Below are positions 27,193 to 34,555 of a DNA stretch of 64,000 nt, in pieces. The notes under the pieces were generated by a model. It was not told the origin of the DNA and made no database searches. It worked only from the letters and a program-made list of their open reading frames with translations. Position numbers and translations under genes: made by a program. This DNA comes from a virus, in the IMG/VR virus record IMGVR_UViG_3300042868_005339; one strand, given 5' to 3'. Positions within the stretch are counted from its first letter, which is position 1. The number at the start of each line of letters is the position of its first letter.

Positions 27193-27233
27193 CGCACACC
27201 GATTCTTTCAATGCAACAAATACAATAAGATAT

Positions 27234-27722
27234 TTATCCTCTCAGCCAAATCGCAAGCTCATCCTTCTGTGCCAGCTTGACGTAGAAATCCGTTGGCTTC
27301 TGGCCCTTGTAGGTAAGTCCTTTGACCCTGCAACGAGCAATACAGCGCCAGAGACGTTGATCGTTAAGGATGAGTTTTTTAGCCTCAGATACCACAGGCT
27401 TCTTGGAATCAACCAGCATCGCCTCAAGCTCAGCCAAATCACCAATAGGCTCTTCAACAGCAGTTGGTTTTTCTGGCTTCACATCCACTGCTTTACCGCG
27501 CAGTAGATCGGTTCTAAGGCATCCACAGGAAAGAGACTTGCCCGTTGTGAGAGCAGTGTAGAACACGTTCTGCTTGATGCGCCCACAGTCGCACTGGCAC
27601 CTCCAGGTTGAAGATCCTTTTCTACCCGTAGGAACATGGGAGAGAACCGTCCAGCGACCAAAGCGTTTACCCGTGAGGTTTTTGAAGTTGGGATGGAAGG
27701 ATGAAATCATCGTCAGAAACAA
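27234..27722 (-). CDS. Cys4-ribbon family member with divergent C-terminus
   Basis: GKRFGRWTVL...WRCQCDCGRIKQNVFYTALTTGKSLSCGCL. Confidence 0.6.
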   Translation of the reverse strand: MFLTMISSFHPNFKNLTGKRFGRWTVLSHVPTGRKGSSTWRCQCDCGRIKQNVFYTALTTGKSLSCGCLRTDLLRGKAVDVKPEKPTAVEEPIGDLAELEAMLVDSKKPVVSEAKKLILNDQRLWRCIARCRVKGLTYKGQKPTDFYVKLAQKDELAIWLRG

Positions 27723-28139
27723 TAACCAAGTAAACGGACGGAATCAAATGGTATAAGAAATAATTTAGAGGGAGAAATTGTTGAGGATGATTTTACAGAA
27801 AAGACCCCTGGGGTGGGCGAATAAATAAATCAGACCCGGTGGTGGTAATGGTAGAAGATATTTATGTGGGGAACTTTTGTGAGGGGAGTGAATATACGCA
27901 CAACATGGGCCGCTCGCCCTCGGTGCCTACTACTACCCGCCCCGTGGCCTACGCTCTGCGCTGCTGGCTACCGCTACCGCTATGCGCTGCCGCTACTGGC
28001 TACGCTGCCAGCTAGCGCAGTAGCAACCCCCCATACCTTGCCACAATCGATGGAAAACCGGGCCGGATATGGCAGGGTAAAGTTATAGGCTTGAACAATC
28101 CACATATCCCAAAGTAGAACATCACTGATAATCAATGAC

Positions 28140-28706
28140 TTACACATCATGTACCTTATCAGTCTCAATAGCAGGCTCAAAATGCGGGGAAAATTCCATC
28201 GGTTGCGATGACAAGACATTAACTTGGACGGCTTGGGCCTGATCCATGCCACTAGCTTTAGCGACAATGTCCATCAGCGCTTTGACATCCTGCCAGCTCT
28301 GAACATCAGGTGGCGCTGCATTGGCCTGCTTTAGCCCTTTTCCTGCGATCTGAAGGGCTAGGAGGCGGTTCTGCTCTCCTAGTCGGGAGATGTTCTCCGA
28401 CACCGTAGAAGCCACTTTCTGCGCAAGTGAGGACGTGCTGGCAGGTGGCGAGACTGGCAAATTTAACACTTTTTCGCCTTTCGTTTCAATTCCCGTTTCA
28501 TTCTCTTCATTGCCTATCGTTTCAGTCGCCTTTTCCTGCTTGCTAGTTAACGCTGCTTTCCACACATCATCACGGAATCGTTTAATCCTGATCGTTGCCT
28601 CGCAGACTCCGAAACTCTCGGCGAGTTGTGAATCTGGAACGCCTCTAATGCTGGCCGCTTTTAACGCTTCCCATGTTGCGGGATCAATGACCGGAGTGTT
28701 TGCCAT
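28140..28706 (-). CDS. HTH-containing protein (regulator or small-terminase-like)
   Basis: SIRGVPDSQLAESFGVCEATIRIKRFRD at the N-terminus. It is the first gene of the leftward transcription unit. Confidence 0.5.
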   Translation of the reverse strand: MANTPVIDPATWEALKAASIRGVPDSQLAESFGVCEATIRIKRFRDDVWKAALTSKQEKATETIGNEENETGIETKGEKVLNLPVSPPASTSSLAQKVASTVSENISRLGEQNRLLALQIAGKGLKQANAAPPDVQSWQDVKALMDIVAKASGMDQAQAVQVNVLSSQPMEFSPHFEPAIETDKVHDV

Positions 28707-28721
28707 GTTCTTATGTTTTTA

Positions 28722-28736
28722 CTTTGTATCACAAAG
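28722..28736. promoter_or_regulatory. Perfect palindrome CTTTGT-ATC-ACAAAG
   Basis: It lies 16 nt upstream of the ATG of 28140..28706, inside the divergent control region. Confidence 0.4.
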
Positions 28737-28852
28737 CATTCACCTTTCCTGGTCTTTAGCAAATATATTTTCAAAGTGTCCTTTTTTCTGTTTGCCATCC
28801 GTCCGTTTTTATGCGATACTCTGCGGGTTAGGAAACCACAGCATAAACCAAT

Positions 28853-28990
28853 ATGAAACTCGTTCCCCATCGCCTCCGCTTCGTCTCCAATATCCTGCAT
28901 AACGTGGCAATGCTCCCATGCATGCCGCTCCCAGTTGCTCGCATCATTGGCAAAGCAGCGGGACGTTTTTATTATCAACTCGCCAAGTAA
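28853..28990 (+). CDS. 45-aa small protein
   Basis: MKLVPHRLRF... It is preceded by the AGGAAACCACA...AACCAATATG leader that recurs before 29029. Confidence 0.3.
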   Translation: MKLVPHRLRFVSNILHNVAMLPCMPLPVARIIGKAAGRFYYQLAK

Positions 28991-29028
28991 ACCCAGTCAG
29001 GAAACCACAACGAAAACCAAAAACCGAT

Positions 29029-29220
29029 ATGATATTGAAACTCCTGAACAAGCACAAAAACACGGCATGGGAACGCTGGCCCGACAGCCTGAAAAAGTCG
29101 CTCCGCGCCATAAGCGCAAACAGCGACGGCATTGCCAACTCTTGCACCTTTGGCCAATCGCGTGAATACTTTTTCCGCAAGTATGGCGAAAACGGAGCAA
29201 GTGAGTTTGTGAAAGGCTAA
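29029..29220 (+). CDS. Hypothetical small protein
   Basis: MILKLLNKHK... The leader is AGGAAACCACAACGAAAACCAAAAACCGATATG. Confidence 0.45.
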   Translation: MILKLLNKHKNTAWERWPDSLKKSLRAISANSDGIANSCTFGQSREYFFRKYGENGASEFVKG

Positions 29221-29275
29221 TCCACAAAAGGGGCCGCGCATCTTACACGCGGAACAATCAAACACTGATAAATCT

Positions 29276-29377
29276 ATGACACCCCACGACACCCCCGCCG
29301 CAATGTTCGCCCTTCTAGCGGCTTGGATTCTCGGCACGATCTCCATGATCTCTATCGCTCTCATCCTTTGGCACTAA
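29276..29377 (+). CDS. 33-aa TM peptide
   Basis: MTPHDTPAAMFALLAAWILGTISMISIALILWH. Confidence 0.3.
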   Translation: MTPHDTPAAMFALLAAWILGTISMISIALILWH

Positions 29378-29395
29378 CCTGAAAACGAAAAAAAA

Positions 29396-29632
29396 ATGAA
29401 ACTTGGAATTGATTACACTCCGACGGGCCTTTTGGCAAATTACTGCATAGCATGCACTAATCCAGAAACAGGAAGGGAGGGCAGTTGGCTTTTCCTCGGC
29501 GATAGCCACAAAACGGGAACGCAAATATCGCCATTTTTCCCAGATTTACTTCCTTTTTTCCAGTGGGCAAAGGATAATAAATGGCGGAACATTTATACGC
29601 CTGGCAGGCCGTTTTCCATGATTAAAGAATAG
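29396..29632 (+). CDS. Hypothetical protein
   Basis: 78-aa ORF. Confidence 0.5.
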   Translation: MKLGIDYTPTGLLANYCIACTNPETGREGSWLFLGDSHKTGTQISPFFPDLLPFFQWAKDNKWRNIYTPGRPFSMIKE

Positions 29633-29708
29633 ACTACGCCCGCGCCTTCTCTTCTAGGGAAGGCGCAAGCGTGAGCTAACCGCCCACGAACAAACCAAAT
29701 AAAAACAC

Positions 29709-29858
29709 ATGAAAACCGAACCAAATAATCTTCGTCTCCACTACCTCTCCGCCTCCCGCCATCGCCAGCGCCAGAAGTTCCATCACAAATTAATGCTTTG
29801 GGCGTACCTTTTCGCCGTCGCTGCAATCCTAGCAGGAGCCGCAGCGTCTGCGTTGTAA
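29709..29858 (+). CDS. 49-aa protein with C-terminal TM
   Basis: MKTEPNN...LMLWAYLFAVAAILAGAAASAL. Confidence 0.35.
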   Translation: MKTEPNNLRLHYLSASRHRQRQKFHHKLMLWAYLFAVAAILAGAAASAL

Positions 29859-29879
29859 ACCATCAACCATCAAAAATAT

Positions 29880-30161
29880 ATGAGCACTAAAGATAACCCG
29901 CCCGCCGTGGGCTCTTACGGCATCGACTGGAACAACGTTAATCTTGATTCGCCAAGTGAATCAAGCCACAACCTCGTCGAAGGCTTGACCTTTGATACCT
30001 TGCTACTGGAAATCAATTGCAACCTGCGCGAGATCAACGCGGAAACCGTCACAGCTCAATTTGAGATCGACCTTCAAAGCCGAATTTCAGAAGCTCGCGA
30101 CATTTTCCGCATGAACCTAAAAAACATCGTGAGGCATGCCAAGAAAGAGAGGGAGGAATAA
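29880..30161 (+). CDS. Hypothetical protein
   Basis: 93-aa ORF. Confidence 0.55.
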   Translation: MSTKDNPPAVGSYGIDWNNVNLDSPSESSHNLVEGLTFDTLLLEINCNLREINAETVTAQFEIDLQSRISEARDIFRMNLKNIVRHAKKEREE

Positions 30162-30162
30162 T

Positions 30163-30324
30163 ATGCACAATACGCCGCTCCAAAACGCTGAGTTTGCCCT
30201 CACGTTCACAGAGACAAATCTCCGCTGGTTACTTGGCGAGGAACCGCCAAACGAGGAGAAGATTACAGCATGCAAGGATCAAATCGAAGCAATAAAGCGG
30301 GAGATTGAGCAACTCAGAAAGTGA
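30163..30324 (+). CDS. Hypothetical small protein
   Basis: MHNTPLQNAEF... It starts 2 nt after the upstream stop. Confidence 0.45.
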   Translation: MHNTPLQNAEFALTFTETNLRWLLGEEPPNEEKITACKDQIEAIKREIEQLRK

Positions 30325-30378
30325 CACCCTAAACCGCCCGCAGGATTTACCCTTGCGGGCGGCAAGGATGGCACAAGC
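30321..30378 (+). promoter_or_regulatory. Conserved post-gene stem-loop element, copy A
   Basis: GTGACACCcTAAACCGC + stem CCGCCCGCA/TGCGGGCGG + CAAgGATGgCACAAG. Confidence 0.55.
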
Positions 30379-30404
30379 CGCCAAAACCAAAGACCAAAAA
30401 ACAT

Positions 30405-31022
30405 ATGAAAAAGCACATCGCAGACATCACATTAAGCACTAAAAAAGGCCACGAACAGAAAACCCGCTGGCTTGTTTCGCAGGCCCGCCCCTTCCCCGAT
30501 ATTCACGGGGTTTCCGGGCTAGAATGGCGCAACGCGGGGCAGTTGATTCCACAATACGGCAGCAAGCATCCGCCGACACTTGGCAACAGCTATTATTGCC
30601 AGTTGCTCCGCTCCGATTACAACGCGGAGACGGCTACCGGCAACCGTAACGACTTCGCCGGTTTCTCGCCCGGCCTAGTGTACAAAGATGGGGAAAGAGT
30701 CATGGAACCGGAACTCCCCGGCACAATCGAGCTACGCGGCAAGTCTCTGGGTGAAATGGAAATCACTTTCGGGAATAATCCAGAATGGCCAGATATTAAG
30801 GTGCGCGGCTACAATGGCGGCCCACTAACCACAACAGAACGCGACTGGATCAAGGCGGCAATCGTGCCAGCTTTGCGCCAGTTCATCGCAGACAACGCGG
30901 CAGGCCTGAAGGCTGAAGCGGTGGCAGCTTTGAAGAAAGACACGGCTGAACGCATCGCCTCCTATCGGGCCGACCTTAGCCGTATGGAAAAGCAAATGGG
31001 CGAGATTATCGCCAAGCTCTAA
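30405..31022 (+). CDS. Hypothetical protein
   Basis: 205-aa ORF. Confidence 0.6.
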   Translation: MKKHIADITLSTKKGHEQKTRWLVSQARPFPDIHGVSGLEWRNAGQLIPQYGSKHPPTLGNSYYCQLLRSDYNAETATGNRNDFAGFSPGLVYKDGERVMEPELPGTIELRGKSLGEMEITFGNNPEWPDIKVRGYNGGPLTTTERDWIKAAIVPALRQFIADNAAGLKAEAVAALKKDTAERIASYRADLSRMEKQMGEIIAKL

Positions 31023-31025
31023 CGA

Positions 31026-31080
31026 GTGACACCATAAACCGCGCTGCTTCACCGGGAGCGCGGCAATGATGCCACAAGGC
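31026..31080 (+). promoter_or_regulatory. Conserved post-gene stem-loop element, copy B
   Basis: GTGACACCaTAAACCGC + stem CCGCGCT/AGCGCGG + CAAtGATGcCACAAG. Confidence 0.55.
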
Positions 31081-31151
31081 AACAATCCGCGAACGCTGCC
31101 CACGTTTGCGCCTTATCAAACGGGCAAGACATAACCAAAAACGAAAACGAT

Positions 31152-31487
31152 ATGATACTGAACCACAGCGCCGCAGAATTCTGCGCCGTAAATCACATTA
31201 TCGGCCTCGCAATAGACCGCCTACCTTCCGGCAAAGTGATAGCATGCGAGGTCCGAAAAGATGAAGCCGGAGAGCTTCGCGTTCCCATCGCTCAAATGAG
31301 CCTTGAAGACCTCTACGCGCTGGCTGCTCGCTTGCACTTGGAGATTCTCCCGTCTCGATTCGCCAGCCGTCAAGAGATGGACAGTCACCGCGCCCACGTC
31401 CGCAGACTGGCAGAAAGGTCAAACGAAGCGCGAGAAATGCGAGGCGTTCGCGAAACGCCAGCATGGGCCGTGCCGGATAAAGCCTAA
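31152..31487 (+). CDS. Hypothetical protein
   Basis: 111-aa ORF. Its MIL start and leader resemble those of 29029. Confidence 0.55.
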   Translation: MILNHSAAEFCAVNHIIGLAIDRLPSGKVIACEVRKDEAGELRVPIAQMSLEDLYALAARLHLEILPSRFASRQEMDSHRAHVRRLAERSNEAREMRGVRETPAWAVPDKA

Positions 31488-31689
31488 ATCACGCCCGTTT
31501 GCTATCTATGCGGCATCGCCAGCCGCCAAGATGGCAAGAGGGCGCGATTATGCGCCGAATAAACAACAAATAGAACACTATGCCAAGAGAACCCATGGAA
31601 GAAGAGACGCCAAAAACTTTGCGCCGTTTATATTTAAGCCTTCGCAAGAATGGCACAAGATTAGATCGCATAAGCTGATGGACGCCGCC

Positions 31690-31917
31690 CTAATACTCCG
31701 CCTTGCCGGACCGCTTCCTCGGCGTTCCATCCAGCGCCTTGTTCGATTTCTTTTTGATGGAGCGTCGAATGAGCGCCAGCCAGTGAGTCTGCTGCCACTC
31801 TGGAGGCTCGCGCCGACCTTGAAGCCAATCATAGGCGGTGCCACGCGGGCAACCGATGGCGGCAATGATCTCGGGGGCGGAATACTCGGCAAGCTGGTCG
31901 GCGAAGGACATGGGCAA
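31690..31917 (-). CDS. Small Cro/YdaS-like HTH protein, leftward
   Basis: IIAAIGCPRGTAYDWLQGRREPPEWQ. It is the only convincing minus-strand gene inside the rightward early block. Confidence 0.6.
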   Translation of the reverse strand: MPMSFADQLAEYSAPEIIAAIGCPRGTAYDWLQGRREPPEWQQTHWLALIRRSIKKKSNKALDGTPRKRSGKAEY

Positions 31918-31938
31918 ACTGTATCACGGAAAAATAAA

Positions 31939-31951
31939 TCGGCAATGCCGA
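31939..31951. promoter_or_regulatory. Operator-like palindrome TCGGCA-A-TGCCGA, copy 1
   Basis: 13-bp palindrome with perfect 6-bp arms, 22 nt from the HTH gene start. Confidence 0.6.
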
Positions 31952-31970
31952 AAATAGTTCTGGACAAACG

Positions 31971-31983
31971 TCGGCAATGCCGA
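31971..31983. promoter_or_regulatory. Operator-like palindrome TCGGCA-A-TGCCGA, copy 2
   Basis: Identical 13-mer, 32 nt centre-to-centre from copy 1. Confidence 0.6.
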
Positions 31984-31995
31984 CAGATTACGTGC

Positions 31996-32262
31996 ATGAG
32001 CAACGCCACACAAGCCGCCTACATCTCCGATGCCTCCGCCCTGATCGACACCGCGCATCTCTGCTGCACGACTCAGGAGCAAGCCAAGAATCTGTATCGT
32101 CACGCGATGCAAATCCTTCGGGCAATCCCGACCGCTGGTCTTCCATTCATCGAGGTGCGGTCGATCCGCAACCTGACCGGCGAGGCCGAGTCTCATCTCA
32201 ACGTCATCCTCGATTCCGAGGCCGCTCAACTCAAACCAATACCAACCGCATGGAAACGCTAG
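31996..32262 (+). CDS. Hypothetical protein, first rightward gene after the operators
   Basis: MSNATQAAYISDASALIDT... The upstream in-frame ATGs lie inside the palindromes. Confidence 0.45.
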   Translation: MSNATQAAYISDASALIDTAHLCCTTQEQAKNLYRHAMQILRAIPTAGLPFIEVRSIRNLTGEAESHLNVILDSEAAQLKPIPTAWKR

Positions 32263-32471
32263 AAGCCGCCGCCCACTGGGAAGAACTCGCCGCAAAGGAG
32301 GACCGCTGGGCGGACTTCCTAGAGTCGGGGAAAGCCACTCACACCACGGAACGCCCGGACGGAAGTCGTGGTCGTGCGCGGTCTTATCGGAACACTGCGC
32401 TGGCGATGCGCATGTCTGCGGAGACTGGTCGGCGGTATTGCTCATGCACGACGCCACCGCACGCGCTCTGA
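32250..32471 (+). CDS. Hypothetical protein
   Basis: METLEAAAHWEELAAKEDRW... Confidence 0.4.
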   Translation: METLEAAAHWEELAAKEDRWADFLESGKATHTTERPDGSRGRARSYRNTALAMRMSAETGRRYCSCTTPPHAL

Positions 32472-32493
32472 ATGAATCGAACGAGCAATCACG

Positions 32494-32655
32494 ATGTCAG
32501 AACTTTGGAATCAGGCCACGAATCCATCTATTCTGCGGCTTGAATGTGAGCACAAACAATGCTCTCGTGTTGCGAGGGTGTGCAAGGCCACAATCAAACG
32601 CCATAATCTGCCAGTACGAGAATTGAGCAATGGAACATTGCTTGCCATCGGATGA
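32494..32655 (+). CDS. 53-aa possible DNA-binding protein
   Basis: MSELWNQ...CSRVARVCKATIKRHNLPVRELSNGTLL. Preferred over the overlapping 32438..32626 frame. Confidence 0.35.
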   Translation: MSELWNQATNPSILRLECEHKQCSRVARVCKATIKRHNLPVRELSNGTLLAIG

Positions 32656-32795
32656 GTGACGCCGACAAGCCCGCTGCTTTCTTCGCTCTGCTTGCCAAAC
32701 GGCAGGCGGAGCACGAAGCGCGACAAGCGCAGGAAAGACGCGAGGAGGAAGACCGCAAACTTGCCAAGCTAAAACCCTGGTGGCAGGAGCCGTGA
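32652..32795 (+). CDS. 47-aa charged helical peptide
   Basis: MSDADKPAAFFALLAKRQAEHEARQAQERREEEDRKLAKLKPWWQEP. ATGA overlap with the upstream ORF. Confidence 0.35.
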   Translation: MSDADKPAAFFALLAKRQAEHEARQAQERREEEDRKLAKLKPWWQEP

Positions 32796-32860
32796 AACAC
32801 ATCAAAGGGCCGAAAAACCACTTGCACAAAACGGACGATTGAACCAAAGTTAGAAACTAT

Positions 32861-33157
32861 ATGAAAAACAGAAGCATAAGCGCCGCCGAGCTAAAAACAC
32901 TCACAAATCAAAAGTCTCTTCCAAGGGCGATTACAGATATTGCCATTAGGATGCAGAAAAGAACTTGGGCAATCGCCGGAAAACTGGTTCAATGGAGCGG
33001 TATAAATTGGGAAAAGGATTATGTGTCTTTTTCCCTGATTGAATCCGCTGGAGAAAATGCAGCAAGCTATCGTTTCTGGCGCGTCTCAATTGAGGATGCG
33101 CTAGATTGCATCAGCGGAAAACTAGACGGCACAAATAGCCTAGAAAGGACGGCTTGA
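32861..33157 (+). CDS. Hypothetical protein
   Basis: 98-aa ORF. Confidence 0.55.
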   Translation: MKNRSISAAELKTLTNQKSLPRAITDIAIRMQKRTWAIAGKLVQWSGINWEKDYVSFSLIESAGENAASYRFWRVSIEDALDCISGKLDGTNSLERTA

Positions 33158-33186
33158 GCCATGAGAGCTATTTTGGAATAAATAAT

Positions 33187-33408
33187 ATGACAACCGAAGC
33201 AAAACCAGAACTGGTGACGACATTCACCGAACGATATGAACGAGCCGAAAAACTGCTCGAAACCATTCTCGAAAGTGCCGCAAAACAATACAAGGACGGC
33301 GCTTCCCGAAGAGTCGCGAAAATCGGCACCATGAAAGCTATCATCATGCGTTGGGCCGCTCGCGAGCCTGAGTGCATGGAGTCACTTGAATACCTTTCGA
33401 CACACTAA
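33187..33408 (+). CDS. Hypothetical small protein
   Basis: MTTEAKPELV... with an A-rich leader. Confidence 0.5.
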   Translation: MTTEAKPELVTTFTERYERAEKLLETILESAAKQYKDGASRRVAKIGTMKAIIMRWAAREPECMESLEYLSTH

Positions 33409-33411
33409 AAT

Positions 33412-33630
33412 ATGAACCTCGCAGCGCTACTCAAAAAACACCTCGATGAAGGTCCGCACGGATCAGTAACCAAAATGGCTCGATTGATCGGCACTGATCG
33501 CCAGCGTCTTTACGAATGGGCCAGCGGCAAAGTGAAGCCGCGCAAAGAAACGGTGCCAACGATTGTGGAATATTTGCAATCTTTGAAAGCGCCGAAAAAG
33601 CAACTGGACAAAGCGGACAAATCGGACTAA
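33412..33630 (+). CDS. Small HTH protein
   Basis: VTKMARLIGTDRQRLYEWASGKVKPRKE. Confidence 0.6.
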   Translation: MNLAALLKKHLDEGPHGSVTKMARLIGTDRQRLYEWASGKVKPRKETVPTIVEYLQSLKAPKKQLDKADKSD

Positions 33631-33654
33631 CATTACAACTCACCCCGATAAAAT

Positions 33655-34005
33655 ATGAATACAAGAGAAGCATTAAATGAACTGGCCGATGCAGCCTATA
33701 AAAACGCATCAGACAAAGGATTCCATGACGCGGATTACGAATACTCATCCGTTGAACTCTATGCTAAATGGACAGCAAATCTTCACGGAGAAGTTAGCGA
33801 GCTTTGGGAAGCAGCACGCAAGGGCCATCTTGAGAGCCAATGCGACAAAGATTGCCCACTTACTTGCGAAGAAGAGGAATTCGCAGACATTATCATCCGT
33901 GTTCTTGACTCTTCCAAAGCACGCAGCATCGACATTGGCAGAGCCGTTGAAATGAAGATGGCTTACAACGCAGGTCGCGAATATATGCACGGCAAACTAG
34001 CATGA
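33655..34005 (+). CDS. MazG-like nucleotide pyrophosphohydrolase
   Basis: LHGEVSELWEAARKG ... EEEFADIIIRVLD ... KMAYNAGREYMHG. Confidence 0.75.
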   Translation: MNTREALNELADAAYKNASDKGFHDADYEYSSVELYAKWTANLHGEVSELWEAARKGHLESQCDKDCPLTCEEEEFADIIIRVLDSSKARSIDIGRAVEMKMAYNAGREYMHGKLA

Positions 34006-34163
34006 AAATCGACCGCACTCCTGGCGTTATCGCCGCACTTGATTACCTCGGAATTGATGTCGGCACCATGCCAGTTATTGGGCGCACCAACCACGCATTT
34101 CCAAAGCGCAAACCGGATAACTGGAAAAGCATTATCGCAGCATTCAAACTTAGGTTCAGTTAA
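34002..34163 (+). CDS. 53-aa hypothetical protein
   Basis: MKIDRTPGVIAALDYLGIDVG... ATGA overlap with the mazG-like stop. Confidence 0.4.
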   Translation: MKIDRTPGVIAALDYLGIDVGTMPVIGRTNHAFPKRKPDNWKSIIAAFKLRFS

Positions 34164-34189
34164 TTTCTCACCCACATAAAACACAAAAT

Positions 34190-34555
34190 ATGAAAAATAT
34201 CGACAGTCTTACTATCGGAGAGGCTAAACAAATCGCATCATTTTTTAATCAATCATGTCAGCAGGAACAATCCCACCCAATGCTTGGACGACGCTGCCTT
34301 GTTCGCACTTATTCGGCAGGTGTTCATATTGGCGATGTGGTAAGCGTCACTAATGGAACGGAAGTGCTACTTAAAAACGCATTGCGCCTATGGAAATGGG
34401 AGGGTGGCGGCCTTAGCTTGTCTGTAGTGGCAAATACCGGCATCAAAGGTGGTCGCTTAAACAAAACTAACGAGGTTTTACTCACCAACGCCATTGAATT
34501 TATTCCAACAACAACTGAGGCTGAAAAGTCCTATGAACGATTTATTGAGGAATAA
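34190..34555 (+). CDS. Hypothetical protein
   Basis: 121-aa ORF. Confidence 0.55.
   Translation: MKNIDSLTIGEAKQIASFFNQSCQQEQSHPMLGRRCLVRTYSAGVHIGDVVSVTNGTEVLLKNALRLWKWEGGGLSLSVVANTGIKGGRLNKTNEVLLTNAIEFIPTTTEAEKSYERFIEE

Noticed and set aside
27864-28088. 74-aa ORF in the 27.7-28.1 kb gap
   Set aside because: It is a low-complexity translation of the GCTAC repeats (...YRYRYALPLLATLPASAVA...) and runs opposite to the surrounding operon. The region is treated as non-coding.
31303-32471. Long overlapping ORFs in the GC-rich block (319 aa, 164 aa, 177 aa, 143 aa)
   Set aside because: They are mutually exclusive and overlap the convincing HTH gene. Two of their start codons lie inside the operator palindromes. 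Only their 3' portions look protein-like, so shorter genes were called instead.
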